Assembly: GCA_965140705.1 (NCBI GenBank)
Contig: OZ223302.1
Span: 128,001 to 192,000, forward strand
From: an uncultured Arcobacter sp.
GTDB lineage: Bacteria; Campylobacterota; Campylobacteria; Campylobacterales; Arcobacteraceae
Direction of reading: 5' to 3'
DNA length: 64,000 nt
Within the stretch, counting starts at the first letter, position 1. Each line of letters starts with the position of its first letter. Positions 10,976 to 21,475 of the stretch are shown one piece after another. The position numbers and the translations under genes are program-made. The notes under the pieces are model-generated. The model searched no databases, had not been told where the DNA came from, and saw only the letters and a program-made list of their open reading frames with translations.

Positions 10976-11906
10976 TTACTTTCTCCAGTAAATCAAAAAT
11001 TCTATTAACTTCTTCACTCATTTTATCTATTACTTCAAAATTTATTATTGATTTTAATTTATAATTTTTTACCGATATATCATCATAAGTCATTTTATCA
11101 TCATTGTTTATTTGAATTTCAATATTTTTATTATATTTCTTTTTATACTCTTTTTTCACAATATTCGCTAGTTCTAAAACTTCATAAGTTTTATTTGATG
11201 ACAAGTTATATATAGTATTTGTAGCTTCTCTATCAAGTAGTTTTTCAACAATATTTGTAACATCCCCCATATAAATAAAATCTCTTTTTGCTTTTCCATT
11301 ACTTTTAAGTAAAATCTTTTTCTTCTCATATGCCGATTTAACTAAATCATTCAATACTAGATACCATTTGTTACTATCAATAAAAGTTGGCATTCCATAA
11401 CTGTTAGTTAATCTAAGAATTGTATATTGCAAGTTATGTGTAAATCCAAATTGTTTAATATAATATTCTGCAAAGAGATGTGTACTTCCATAGTCATTTT
11501 TAGGTTCTAAAGGACTCTCTTCTGTTATTTCACCACTTCTTGTACCATATACATGAAAAGTACTAAAGTAGATAAAGTTCTTAAGGTACTTTTTGCTTAA
11601 TACTTCAAGTAAATTTCTAGTACCAAGGGTATTGATTTCTAGTGCTTTTTTTGGATAATCATCCAAAAAAAATTCATTAAAACTCGCAGTATGAACACAA
11701 AAATCTATATTAAAGTTAAGTTTGATTTCTAATTTCTTAATATTTGTAATATCTACTTCAATAATTTTATAGTCAATATCTTGAATTTTATTTTTTTCTT
11801 TTCTTGTTAAAACATAAACTTCATAGCCATTACGTGCTAAATATGTACTAACCCAGCTACCTAAATTGCCAAGGCCACCTGTAACTAGGACTTTTTTACC
11901 AAGCAT
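10968..11906 (-). CDS. NAD-dependent epimerase/4-ketoreductase (extended SDR), probably a CDP-6-deoxyhexose 4-reductase
   Basis: VLVTGGLGNLGS Rossmann motif; YGSTH in place of YxxxK. Likely ATG at 11906 (MLGKKVLV), overlapping the end of the upstream cupin gene. Confidence 0.75.
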   Translation of the reverse strand: MLGKKVLVTGGLGNLGSWVSTYLARNGYEVYVLTRKEKNKIQDIDYKIIEVDITNIKKLEIKLNFNIDFCVHTASFNEFFLDDYPKKALEINTLGTRNLLEVLSKKYLKNFIYFSTFHVYGTRSGEITEESPLEPKNDYGSTHLFAEYYIKQFGFTHNLQYTILRLTNSYGMPTFIDSNKWYLVLNDLVKSAYEKKKILLKSNGKAKRDFIYMGDVTNIVEKLLDREATNTIYNLSSNKTYEVLELANIVKKEYKKKYNKNIEIQINNDDKMTYDDISVKNYKLKSIINFEVIDKMSEEVNRIFDLLEKVNE

Positions 11907-12303
11907 ACTGAATTTCACTAATATTAATATTAAGAGTTTCATTTGGATTGTGTTCTATACTTGCTAAGTTTAGAAGCATATTATATTCTTCCAACCCTCT
12001 AAATGCCACCCATAAATTTGGTTTAATTGTTACTCTTTGATAATTATGTTGTGAAATTTTTACACTAAAAAATTCTTGTATATTCTCATTATAGATTACA
12101 AACTCCACTTCACCGATTGGGACTACCAAATTTAAAGTCATTTTAGTATGTTTTTTCCAACCCTTGATATCATCTTTATTGACAGTTGAGAAATAAGCCT
12201 CTCCAAAACCATCAAACCCCTCATCACTTTTTTTCATCGCATGAAATACATCACCTTTTGGATGGTGGATTTGTTTTAAAGGAGTTAGAATTATTCCATC
12301 CAT
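11896..12303 (-). CDS. Short RmlC-like cupin NDP-4-keto-6-deoxyhexose epimerase (WbcA-like)
   Basis: 135 aa; FGEAYFS and IKGWKKHTKMTLNLVVP motifs; directly downstream of rfbG. Confidence 0.75.
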   Translation of the reverse strand: MDGIILTPLKQIHHPKGDVFHAMKKSDEGFDGFGEAYFSTVNKDDIKGWKKHTKMTLNLVVPIGEVEFVIYNENIQEFFSVKISQHNYQRVTIKPNLWVAFRGLEEYNMLLNLASIEHNPNETLNINISEIQYAW

Positions 12304-13391
12304 ATCAAACCTTTATCTCTTGCCATATTTTCATATTCTGAGATTTGCGCTATTGTTTTTTCAAATATATTTGTATCAGATTTATAAAAATCATAATACC
12401 ATTCACTTGTAAACCTAATTGTATCTTTATACTCTAAGTTTGCTTGCCATTTCAGATAAAAAAGAGCCTTATCACAATTTAATTTTAATAACCCTGCTTC
12501 ATGGAAAGGAATATTGTCAGTAACTGTAAATGCATCGGCTACGCTTGTAAAGTGCCAATATTTACTTAAGTCTTCAATCAATTGCTTCACTGTGTGGTTT
12601 TGTTCCGCTCTTGGTCCAAAATTAAAAGCTTCTCCATGTAAATTCTTATTTTCATATAAAACCTGTCCTAAGTTTAAATAGCCACTCAATGGTTCAAGCA
12701 CATGTTGCCAAGGTCTTGTAGCCTCTGGACTTCTTATCTCAACAGATTTATCTTGACTCCATGCCTCCATACAATCTACTACAATTCTATCTTTTGCCCA
12801 ATCACCACCTCCTATTACATTTCCAGCTCTTCCAATGGCTAGTTTAATATTACAATCAGTTTTTTTAAAAAATGAATGGTAATATGATTTTATTATGAGT
12901 TCAGCAGAACCCTTGCTTCCGCTATAAATATCTTTGCCACCCATCTTATCATCTTCTTTATATCCCCATACTTGTTCTACATTATCATAAGCTTTATCAC
13001 TTGTAATAATTATCGATGTACATTTATGATTTGAAGTTTTTAGTGCCTCTAATATATTTGCTGTGCCCATTACATTGGATGATATTGTCTCTATCGGATC
13101 ACTATATGAAGTAGATACAATAGGCTGAGCAGCTAGATGAAATAAAAAGTCTGGCTTTTCATCAGATATGATTTGAGCCATTTTAGATAAATCTCTTATA
13201 TCTTCTTGATAATATTTGATTTTAGCTTCTAACTTCAGCTCTTCAAACATAGATGGTTTTGTAGGAATATCTTTGGAAATACCAACAACATCTGCTCCTA
13301 GCTTGAGAAGCCATGCCGTAAGCCACGTCCCTTTAAAGCCAGTATTACCAGTAACTAAAACTTTTTTATTTTTATATATGTTATTAAACAT
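12291..13391 (-). CDS. rfbG: CDP-glucose 4,6-dehydratase
   Basis: VTGNTGFKGTWL, HLAAQPIV, ITSDKAY, RAGNVIGGGDW, RPWQHVLEPLSGY. ATG at 13391 overlaps the rfbF stop (TAATG). Confidence 0.93.
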   Translation of the reverse strand: MFNNIYKNKKVLVTGNTGFKGTWLTAWLLKLGADVVGISKDIPTKPSMFEELKLEAKIKYYQEDIRDLSKMAQIISDEKPDFLFHLAAQPIVSTSYSDPIETISSNVMGTANILEALKTSNHKCTSIIITSDKAYDNVEQVWGYKEDDKMGGKDIYSGSKGSAELIIKSYYHSFFKKTDCNIKLAIGRAGNVIGGGDWAKDRIVVDCMEAWSQDKSVEIRSPEATRPWQHVLEPLSGYLNLGQVLYENKNLHGEAFNFGPRAEQNHTVKQLIEDLSKYWHFTSVADAFTVTDNIPFHEAGLLKLNCDKALFYLKWQANLEYKDTIRFTSEWYYDFYKSDTNIFEKTIAQISEYENMARDKGLIWME

Positions 13392-14164
13392 TACCATACC
13401 TTCCATGGGGCTTTTTTTGATTCCCAAAGTTTATTTAAATCATTTTTATCTTTTAAACTATCCATAGGTTTCCAAAAACCATCATGTTTATATGTAAAAA
13501 TTTCTCCATCTTTTGCAAGATTTTGGAGTGGTTCTTGTTCAAATACTACACTCTCTTCATCTTTTATATAATCGAACACCTTTGGTTCACATACAAAAAA
13601 TCCTGCATTAATCCAACCACCATCACCTTTTGGTTTTTCAAGAAAATGTGTAACATTCCCATTATCTTCAATATTCAAAGCTCCAAATCTCCCATCAGGC
13701 TGTGCAGATGTCATCGTCATTGCCTTACCATGTGATTTGTGAAATTTTATTAATTCATCTATATTGATATCACTTACACCATCGCCATAAGTCAACATAA
13801 AAGGTTCATCTCCTATAAAACTTTGAGCTTTTTTTATTCTTCCACCTGTCATAGTATTTAGCCCAGTATCTAGAAGTGTAACTTTCCAAGGTTCACTTGA
13901 GTTATTAAGCACTTCCATTTTTCCATTTGACATATCTATAGTTACATCACTTTGATGTAAAAAATAATTTGCAAAGTATTCTTTAATATAGTAACCTTTA
14001 TAACCAAGAAGTATAATAAAATCATTAAACCCATATTGTGAATATATCTTCATTATATGCCATAAAATTGGTTTACCACCTATTTCTACCATAGGCTTAG
14101 GTCTTATATCTGTTTCTTCGCTTAATCTTGTACCAAATCCACCAGCTAAAAGTAATACTTTCAT
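13391..14164 (-). CDS. rfbF: Glucose-1-phosphate cytidylyltransferase
   Basis: LAGGFGTRLSEET..PKPMVEIGGKPILWHIMK, TMTGGRIK, LTYGDG, WINAGFF. Confidence 0.95.
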   Translation of the reverse strand: MKVLLLAGGFGTRLSEETDIRPKPMVEIGGKPILWHIMKIYSQYGFNDFIILLGYKGYYIKEYFANYFLHQSDVTIDMSNGKMEVLNNSSEPWKVTLLDTGLNTMTGGRIKKAQSFIGDEPFMLTYGDGVSDINIDELIKFHKSHGKAMTMTSAQPDGRFGALNIEDNGNVTHFLEKPKGDGGWINAGFFVCEPKVFDYIKDEESVVFEQEPLQNLAKDGEIFTYKHDGFWKPMDSLKDKNDLNKLWESKKAPWKVW

Positions 14165-15186
14165 TATTTAACTCCACTATATTTATTTAAATACCATTCA
14201 ATAGTCTTAAAAATACCACTATCAAAGTTTTCATCAGCTTCCCAACCAAGTTCAGTTTTTAACTTTGTTGCATCAATAGCATATCTTCTATCATGTCCTG
14301 CTCTATCTTCCACAAAAGTAATTAACTCTTTATAACTTTTTTGTATTGGAACTTTTATATCTAATATTTCACAAATTGTATTAACTATTTGTAAATTGGT
14401 ACGTTCATTTCCTCCACCAATATTATACGTGTTTGCAGTTTTACCATTATGGTAAACCAAATCAATACCTTTACAATGATCTAATACATATAACCAATCC
14501 CTTATATTTTTTCCATCTCCATAAATTGGAATTGGATTTCCTTCTAAGGCATTTCTAATAATTGTAGGTATAAGTTTTTCATCATGTTGTTTAGGTCCAT
14601 AGTTATTTGAACAGTTTGTGATTACTGTATTCATCCCATACGTTTCATTATATGCTCTTACAATCATATCACTTGAAGCTTTAGAAGCAGAATATGGAGA
14701 ATTTGGGGCATAAGGTGTAGTTTCAGTAAACAATCCTATTTCACCTAATGTTCCATATACTTCATCAGTTGAAATATGATGAAATCTACAATTTTGATAT
14801 TTTTCTTTATATGTAAATGGTTTATCCATCCAATATTTATAAGCAACATCAATTAGAGTAAATGTTCCATTAACATTTGTCTGAACAAATACACCTGGGT
14901 TTTTAATAGAATTATCTACATGAGATTCTGCTGCGAAGTGTATTACACCTTGTATATTATATTCATTGAAAATAAATTCTACTAATTCTCTGTTACAGAT
15001 GTCGCCTTTGATAAATTTATATTTTGGGTTATTTTTACATTCAGTAAGGTTTTCTAAGTTACCAGCATAAGTTAAAAGATCTAAATTTACTATATTATAA
15101 TTTAAATATTTATCTAAAAAATATGGTACAAAATTACTACCTATAAATCCTGCTGCTCCAGTTAATAGTATATTTTTATTTCCCAT
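14164..15186 (-). CDS. rmlB: dTDP-glucose 4,6-dehydratase
   Basis: TGAAGFIGSNF, HFAAESHVDNSI, HISTDEVYG, PYSASKASSD, DRAGHDRRYAID; likely ATG at 15186. Confidence 0.95.
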   Translation of the reverse strand: MGNKNILLTGAAGFIGSNFVPYFLDKYLNYNIVNLDLLTYAGNLENLTECKNNPKYKFIKGDICNRELVEFIFNEYNIQGVIHFAAESHVDNSIKNPGVFVQTNVNGTFTLIDVAYKYWMDKPFTYKEKYQNCRFHHISTDEVYGTLGEIGLFTETTPYAPNSPYSASKASSDMIVRAYNETYGMNTVITNCSNNYGPKQHDEKLIPTIIRNALEGNPIPIYGDGKNIRDWLYVLDHCKGIDLVYHNGKTANTYNIGGGNERTNLQIVNTICEILDIKVPIQKSYKELITFVEDRAGHDRRYAIDATKLKTELGWEADENFDSGIFKTIEWYLNKYSGVK

Positions 15187-15931
15187 CAAATTTCCTATAA
15201 TAATCTTGATATGTTTGAAACAATTTTTGTTTAAATTCATTATTATCTATTTGATATTTTTCATTTAATATATTAACTTTAAATTCATCAATAAAATCCA
15301 CTACTTCACCTAGTGTCGTTTGATAAATTTTTTTAGGCTCAATATATAATTCAATTATTTCTTCATTTTCTAAAATTGATAAAAATTCTTCAACTATATC
15401 TTGTACATAAACATATTCCATTCCGATATTTCTATCATAAATAGTAATTTCCAAATCATTAATGCTATTATATATCCAAGTACTAATAACAGAATTATAA
15501 TTAGGTTTACAGTCTTCACCAAAAACATGAGGAAGTATATAAATACAACAATTAATATTATGATCCTTACTATAAGCTTCTATTAATAATTCTGATTTTC
15601 TTTTCGTTTTTCCATATTCATTTTTTAATAATTTTGCGTGAATGCTTGATGCCATTAAAATAGGAATAACTTTATTTTGTTTTTTAATGATTTTTAAAAT
15701 AAATTCTGTTAATAAAATATTTGAGTTTTTGAATTCATCTTCTGTACTATTTGGTCTAACCTCAGCAGCAAGATGAAAAATAAAATCACTTTTTAATATA
15801 CATTCTTCTAAAAAACTCTCAGAATCAGTTCTATTAAATTCTAGTATATTAAGATTACTACAAAGAGTAAGTTTTTTTAATAAGTTTTTACCAATAAATC
15901 CTTTTGAACCAGTTACTAAAATATTATTCAT
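15176..15931 (-). CDS. Stand-alone CapF/FnlB(WbjC)-like SDR reductase domain (no C-terminal cupin)
   Basis: VTGSKGFIGKNL, FIFHLAAEVRP, YGKTK, PHVFGEDCKPNYNSVISTW resemble the CapF N-terminal domain. The protein ends at about 250 aa; likely ATG at 15931. Confidence 0.7.
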   Translation of the reverse strand: MNNILVTGSKGFIGKNLLKKLTLCSNLNILEFNRTDSESFLEECILKSDFIFHLAAEVRPNSTEDEFKNSNILLTEFILKIIKKQNKVIPILMASSIHAKLLKNEYGKTKRKSELLIEAYSKDHNINCCIYILPHVFGEDCKPNYNSVISTWIYNSINDLEITIYDRNIGMEYVYVQDIVEEFLSILENEEIIELYIEPKKIYQTTLGEVVDFIDEFKVNILNEKYQIDNNEFKQKLFQTYQDYYRKFDGK

Positions 15932-16499
15932 AATAATTCTTTTCATATTCAAATAAATTATTTATTTCATTTAATTTTGGTTGGATTATGTCTTTAGGAG
16001 ATAGATTTAATTCTTCATTTTTTAGTATCCAATCTATATTTATATTTTCATCATTAAATGCAATTCCTCTATCAGATGCTGGATTATAATAATTATCTAC
16101 TTTATAACTAAAAATTGTATCGTCTTCAAGTACTACAAACCCATGAGCAAATCCTCTTGGTACAAGCATCTGTTTTTTATTTTCTGCACTCAATTCAACA
16201 GCAACATATTGTCCAAAAGTTGGAGAGTTTTTTCTAATATCTACTGCAACATCTAAAACTCGGCCTGTGATTACTCGTACAAGTTTTGTTTGAGCATAAG
16301 GAGGAAGTTGATAATGAAGTCCTCTTAAAACACCTCTTGATGATTTAGATTCATTATCTTGACAGAAGTTTATCTTATATTCTAAAAATGCTTCTAACTT
16401 ATCAGTACGGAATGTTTCTACAAAGTAGCCCCTATTATCACCATGTATTTTTGGTTCAATCACAATTACATCAGAAATATCAGTTCTTTTAAACTCCAT
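15924..16499 (-). CDS. rmlC: dTDP-4-dehydrorhamnose 3,5-epimerase
   Basis: [43 protein letters not shown]. Confidence 0.95.
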   Translation of the reverse strand: MEFKRTDISDVIVIEPKIHGDNRGYFVETFRTDKLEAFLEYKINFCQDNESKSSRGVLRGLHYQLPPYAQTKLVRVITGRVLDVAVDIRKNSPTFGQYVAVELSAENKKQMLVPRGFAHGFVVLEDDTIFSYKVDNYYNPASDRGIAFNDENINIDWILKNEELNLSPKDIIQPKLNEINNLFEYEKNYYE

Positions 16500-17382
16500 A
16501 TAACTTACCTTGATTTGCTCTTCTAATTAAATATTGCCCATATTGATTTTTACTCAAAGGAAGTGCAAGTTCTAAAAGTTTTTCTTTAGAAATATATCCC
16601 ATTTCATAAGCTATTTCTTCAAGACAAGCAACTTTTAATGACTGTCTATTCTCTATTGTTTGTATAAACTGGCTAGCTTCTAATAAACTCTCGTGCGTTC
16701 CAGTATCAAGCCAAGCATATCCTCTACCAATTAATTCTACTTTTATTCGTGATTCCTTTAAATAATCTTGATTTAAAGTTGTAATTTCTAATTCACCTCT
16801 ATCACTTGGTTTTACATTTTTAGCTTTTTTTACAACATCTGATGGATAAAAATACAATCCTACAACTGCATAGTTTGATTTTGGTTTTTTAGGTTTTTCC
16901 TCTATAGAAATAACATTACCTAATTCATCAAATTGTGCGACTCCATATCTTTCTGGATCTTTAACATAGTAACCAAATATAGTCGCTTTATTTTCTTCTT
17001 TTACATTTTTTACACTTTGTGCAAGGAGTTTAGTTAATCCATGGCCGTAAAAGATATTATCACCGAGAATCAAACACACATCATCACCATTTAAAAACTC
17101 TTCACCTAAAATAAAAGCTTGTGCTAATCCATCTGGACTTGGTTGAATCACATATTCTAATTTCATCCCAAGATCATGCCCATCTCCCAATAAATTCTTA
17201 AAATTAGATTGATCTTCAGGAGTTGTGATAATAAGTACCTCTTTTATTCCTGCTAACATTAAAACAGATAGAGGGTAGTATATCATTGGTTTATCATAAA
17301 TTGCTACAAGTTGTTTAGATACACCTTTTGTGATAGGGTATAGTCTTGTTCCTGATCCACCTGCTAAAATTATACCTTTCAT
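16489..17382 (-). CDS. rmlA: Glucose-1-phosphate thymidylyltransferase
   Basis: [55 protein letters not shown]. Confidence 0.96.
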   Translation of the reverse strand: MKGIILAGGSGTRLYPITKGVSKQLVAIYDKPMIYYPLSVLMLAGIKEVLIITTPEDQSNFKNLLGDGHDLGMKLEYVIQPSPDGLAQAFILGEEFLNGDDVCLILGDNIFYGHGLTKLLAQSVKNVKEENKATIFGYYVKDPERYGVAQFDELGNVISIEEKPKKPKSNYAVVGLYFYPSDVVKKAKNVKPSDRGELEITTLNQDYLKESRIKVELIGRGYAWLDTGTHESLLEASQFIQTIENRQSLKVACLEEIAYEMGYISKEKLLELALPLSKNQYGQYLIRRANQGKLYGV

Positions 17383-18365
17383 TTTTCTTTTCCTTCAAAT
17401 AAGTTATAAAACCAGTTTTTAAAAGTATACTGTTCTATATTTGCATCATTACAAAAAGACTTCTTAAAAAAATTTAAATTTAAATTCAAATCATTTCTGT
17501 GAAGTATTGTAATATTTTCTTCATTATAGAATGGTTCATTAATAATATTTTTATTTGTTGTAATAAGCTTCAAGCCTGAACCAAGTGATTCAAAAGTTCT
17601 CATAGTTAAGCCATTTTGAATATTTAATTCTATATCTAAAATAGAAAAAGAGTGACTATATACATTGAGAATTTCTTTAATTCCCACAGTATATGTTTTA
17701 AAATATTTCATATCATTAACTTTTATAATTCCTAAACAAAACAATCTAAATAATCCCATTTTGGTTATATATAAATGATATTTAAATTCTAACTTATTAA
17801 GAATACAAAACTTTTCAACAAATTTAATGATTTTTAATCTATCACTATGATAAGCACCAAAAAAAGATATATCATATATCTTTTCAGATTTATTATATTT
17901 TAGATTTTCATATTCTTTAGAATAGTACAAAGGTAAATAACCAATATCAAAATTATAAGCATCATTTTTATCAAAAGTTTTGACAATATCAAAATATTGT
18001 ATAATATCTTGATATTGACTTTGTTTATTAGAATCCCACTGATACATAATAAATTTTGCATATGGAAGTTTTTGCTTCAATTTATCCATAATAAAGGGAG
18101 ATAAGATACCACCTCTTATAACAAATACAAAATCATATAAATCCTGAGTAATATTATGTAACATTTTATCAACATATTTTTGCTTTAAATATTTTGCAAA
18201 TAAAGGTAATATTCTATTTGATATTCTATATAATGGTGTGTAAATATCTTCTAAGTAAAATGTAACTTTTGCATTTTTTGATTCCATGAAATCTACAATC
18301 TGCTGGTGGTAATTATAAAAAACTGGTGCTATAAAAAGTACTCTTTTATTTGATAGCTCTATCAA
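17379..18365 (-). CDS. Putative GT-B-fold glycosyltransferase of an uncharacterised polysaccharide-locus family
   Basis: Soluble 328 aa; [36 protein letters not shown] motifs typical of CgeB-like polysaccharide-locus proteins; TTG start. Confidence 0.55.
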   Translation of the reverse strand: MIELSNKRVLFIAPVFYNYHQQIVDFMESKNAKVTFYLEDIYTPLYRISNRILPLFAKYLKQKYVDKMLHNITQDLYDFVFVIRGGILSPFIMDKLKQKLPYAKFIMYQWDSNKQSQYQDIIQYFDIVKTFDKNDAYNFDIGYLPLYYSKEYENLKYNKSEKIYDISFFGAYHSDRLKIIKFVEKFCILNKLEFKYHLYITKMGLFRLFCLGIIKVNDMKYFKTYTVGIKEILNVYSHSFSILDIELNIQNGLTMRTFESLGSGLKLITTNKNIINEPFYNEENITILHRNDLNLNLNFFKKSFCNDANIEQYTFKNWFYNLFEGKEK

Positions 18366-18389
18366 CTAAATAGGTCCATATTTAATTTT

Positions 18390-19007
18390 TTAACATTCAT
18401 CTAAAAACTTACCTTTATCATTTGTTTTTCTCCAAATATGAGCTTTTTCATCATATCTCTTAATAATTTTTGCTGGTGAACCAATTGCCACACAGTAATT
18501 AGGTATATCTTTATTAACAAATGAATTTGTTCCGATAACACAATTTGTACCAATTTTTGCACCAACTATTGAAACATTTTCTCCAATCCAACTGTTATCC
18601 CCTATAATAACTTCACTCTTAAATTGAATAGGCTGATTTTTAATTGGTTTTTTTATCTCTTCATAAGAATGAATATTATCAGATATATAGACTTTATCTG
18701 CTATTAAAACATCTTTCCCAATAACAACTTTTCTTAACGCTACAATATGAGCAAATCGACCTATTGTTGCCCCTTCAGAAATATGTAAATTAGGTTCAAT
18801 ATTATCTTGCTTATACGCTAATAACCAAGACTTAGTGCCTATACTTACTCTATTTTCAATATATATATACTCTTCACCTTCAATAATATCTGGAGATATT
18901 ATTGAAACCTTTTCACCATAGTATTTAAATTGGCTTGCAAATAACAATCTAAATATTTGCCTTGATATATAAGTATAAGCCCTTTTATATAAATTATATT
19001 TAATCAT
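18390..19007 (-). CDS. Hexapeptide-repeat O-acyltransferase
   Basis: Left-handed beta-helix repeats; [22 protein letters not shown]. Confidence 0.85.
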   Translation of the reverse strand: MIKYNLYKRAYTYISRQIFRLLFASQFKYYGEKVSIISPDIIEGEEYIYIENRVSIGTKSWLLAYKQDNIEPNLHISEGATIGRFAHIVALRKVVIGKDVLIADKVYISDNIHSYEEIKKPIKNQPIQFKSEVIIGDNSWIGENVSIVGAKIGTNCVIGTNSFVNKDIPNYCVAIGSPAKIIKRYDEKAHIWRKTNDKGKFLDEC

Positions 19008-19671
19008 TATCTTTTTTTTCTACTTCATTTAATTTTACAAGCGTCTCTTCTGGATTTTTAAAAAATTGAGATAGTTTTTTTAATTTTACATCATCAAATG
19101 TCCACCACATAGAAGCTTTAAGTTTTTCTCTAATTTCTTTTTTAAATCTGTATTTAATATGTTTAGCAGGAATTCCTCCAACAATACTATATGGCTCAAC
19201 ATCTTTTGTTACAACGGCACCCGCACCAATAACCGCCCCTACTCCAATAGTTACACCTGATTTAATCATTACATTTTGTCCTATCCACACATCAGATTCA
19301 ATATAAGTTGTTAGCAATATATTTTCAAATTCTTTTTGCTCAGTAAAAAAAAATGGTAGAGGTTGAGTATTATCATAAAAAATAGGACATGTACTTACCA
19401 TATGGGTAGGATGTGCCGCTAAACCTATAGTAACATTACTTGCTATAGAACAAAATTTCCCAATATTAGCATATAATACTACACTATTAGATTGAATATA
19501 AGTATATGCACCAACACTTGTATTTTGTAATACAACATCCGAAAATAGAACTGTATTTTTACTAATTATACTGTTTCTATCTATATTTACCCCATTATAA
19601 ATTTTACTTTTGGGAAACTTTCTTTGTAAAACAAATTTTTTAATAACCTTTTTACAAATATTAAATATCAC
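19000..19671 (-). CDS. CatB/XAT-related O-acetyltransferase
   Basis: [58 protein letters not shown] motif. Confidence 0.85.
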   Translation of the reverse strand: MIFNICKKVIKKFVLQRKFPKSKIYNGVNIDRNSIISKNTVLFSDVVLQNTSVGAYTYIQSNSVVLYANIGKFCSIASNVTIGLAAHPTHMVSTCPIFYDNTQPLPFFFTEQKEFENILLTTYIESDVWIGQNVMIKSGVTIGVGAVIGAGAVVTKDVEPYSIVGGIPAKHIKYRFKKEIREKLKASMWWTFDDVKLKKLSQFFKNPEETLVKLNEVEKKDND

Positions 19672-21475
19672 TATGAATCCTTTTATTTAAAATACTATAA
19701 ATAAAATCAATATTTCTACTTAAATTATTTCCATCTAAAGGTCCTATATATTGTTCCATAACCTTTTTATTTAAAAATGATTCATATCTTGAATGTTTAC
19801 TTTTAAAATCGTAATAAGCTTGAATCATTTCTTCAATTTTTGTTATTATAACTAATTCAGAATTATTATCAAAAGGTGCATTTAAAATTTCTGTATCATT
19901 TTTATAATAAACTACTGGTATACCAAGGCATGATGCTTCAAAAAGTGTTTGAGAACAAATAGATATATAAAAATCTGTTTTTTTAAGTACATCTATCATA
20001 GGAGTTGTTATTATATACTCTACTTCTAAATCTTGAAAATAATCTTTTACAAACTCTTTGTATTGTTCTAGATATCCATTTGGTCGTACTTTTATAACAA
20101 TTCTACATTCTTCACCATTTGCTTTTAATATACTAAATGCTTGTAAAATATCATACATAAAATCAAATTCAACTGCAACATAAGAGTTTAAATCTGTAGG
20201 ATTAAAACCTGAAGTACCAATTGTAACTGTTGGGTTATCTCTATTTATTTTTTTTTGTTTTAAATCAGCATACATATCCATTCTAGGATCACCAAGAGCT
20301 ACAATATTATCCATATCTTTAAAATAATTTTCTTTAATACTTTTAGAATAAGCATTTATATAGGTAGCATATTTTGCTTCATCTTGATAATTATTTAATA
20401 ACAATCCATTAACTATCAAATAACTAGGTATTTTCCTACTTTGACAGGCTAAATCAAATAATGTAGAAGTATGTCCTATATTTGCAATTAATATAACTAA
20501 ATTTAAACTATTATTATCTAAATATTTAATACAACTATCTAAAGTTCTTAGTTTTGATGTTATTCTTTCTGAAATATTTTTAATTATAATCTTATATATA
20601 AAATCAGTAATATCACTATTATCAGATAAGACTAATTTATAAAACTTGTTTCTATCAAATTCTTTTAATAAACTAGCCCCTATATTTTCATATTTTTTTA
20701 AGTTTCCAGTTATTGGTAATAATCGTTCTTTCATATTATCTCTTTTATTAGAGAAACGAGAAAAATTTTCTAATATAACTACAAATTTATTATCATTTCT
20801 AAGCAATTGTATGATTTTTCTTGTAGGATGATATTCTTGAATAAAAACCCTAAATTTTGATTCCGAACTAAACAGTTTATCAAAAAAAATCATTCCTGTT
20901 CCATAATAATAAGAAACTTTTTCACGAACTTTATATAAAAATCCCTTCACACCTTTTGGTTTAATTTTACTATTTAACCATTTTGTAATCGGAAAATAAT
21001 ATCCACTTGAACTATCAATAGCCACATAATTAATAGTTTCATAATCAATTCCCAAATTATTTAAAATATCAATAATAGTTTTATCTAGAGTTCCTACATA
21101 TAGCTTTTTAAAGCTATATGAGAAAACTTTTTTAAGTGACAAATAAATCCTTATAAAAGAAACAAAATCATTCCAAAACTCCAAACGAAAAGAAAAACCA
21201 AAAGAAACATCTTTAAAAGTAAAAATATCATTTCCATCTTTATCATAATGCCAATCTTTAAAAAATTTGTATATAAGGTAGTTATTATCTTCCATTGTCT
21301 TAACTCCTACTATATGATCCAAATATTCAGCATTACCTCCCAAATCTATTATATACTTTTTTAATGCAAAGTCATAAGTTAAAAATAAATCATTTTTTAT
21401 GTCAAAAATAACTTTATAACTCTCAAATAATGCCTTTGAATCTATAATAAATATATTCTCATAATTTTCTTTCAT
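19661..21475 (-). CDS. Large hypothetical protein with a C-terminal GT-B-like domain; candidate nonulosonic-acid transferase
   Basis: 604 aa soluble protein directly after wzx; C-terminal LGDPRMD, VIKVRP and [15 protein letters not shown] resemble motifs of sialyltransferase/CDP-glycerol-transferase-like GT-B proteins. Confidence 0.5.
   Translation of the reverse strand: MKENYENIFIIDSKALFESYKVIFDIKNDLFLTYDFALKKYIIDLGGNAEYLDHIVGVKTMEDNNYLIYKFFKDWHYDKDGNDIFTFKDVSFGFSFRLEFWNDFVSFIRIYLSLKKVFSYSFKKLYVGTLDKTIIDILNNLGIDYETINYVAIDSSSGYYFPITKWLNSKIKPKGVKGFLYKVREKVSYYYGTGMIFFDKLFSSESKFRVFIQEYHPTRKIIQLLRNDNKFVVILENFSRFSNKRDNMKERLLPITGNLKKYENIGASLLKEFDRNKFYKLVLSDNSDITDFIYKIIIKNISERITSKLRTLDSCIKYLDNNSLNLVILIANIGHTSTLFDLACQSRKIPSYLIVNGLLLNNYQDEAKYATYINAYSKSIKENYFKDMDNIVALGDPRMDMYADLKQKKINRDNPTVTIGTSGFNPTDLNSYVAVEFDFMYDILQAFSILKANGEECRIVIKVRPNGYLEQYKEFVKDYFQDLEVEYIITTPMIDVLKKTDFYISICSQTLFEASCLGIPVVYYKNDTEILNAPFDNNSELVIITKIEEMIQAYYDFKSKHSRYESFLNKKVMEQYIGPLDGNNLSRNIDFIYSILNKRIHSDI

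Noticed and set aside
19000..19671. CatB/Vat-like gene as an antibiotic resistance determinant
   Set aside because: It overlaps neighbours within the polysaccharide operon and has no mobile context; sugar O-acetylation is the simpler reading.
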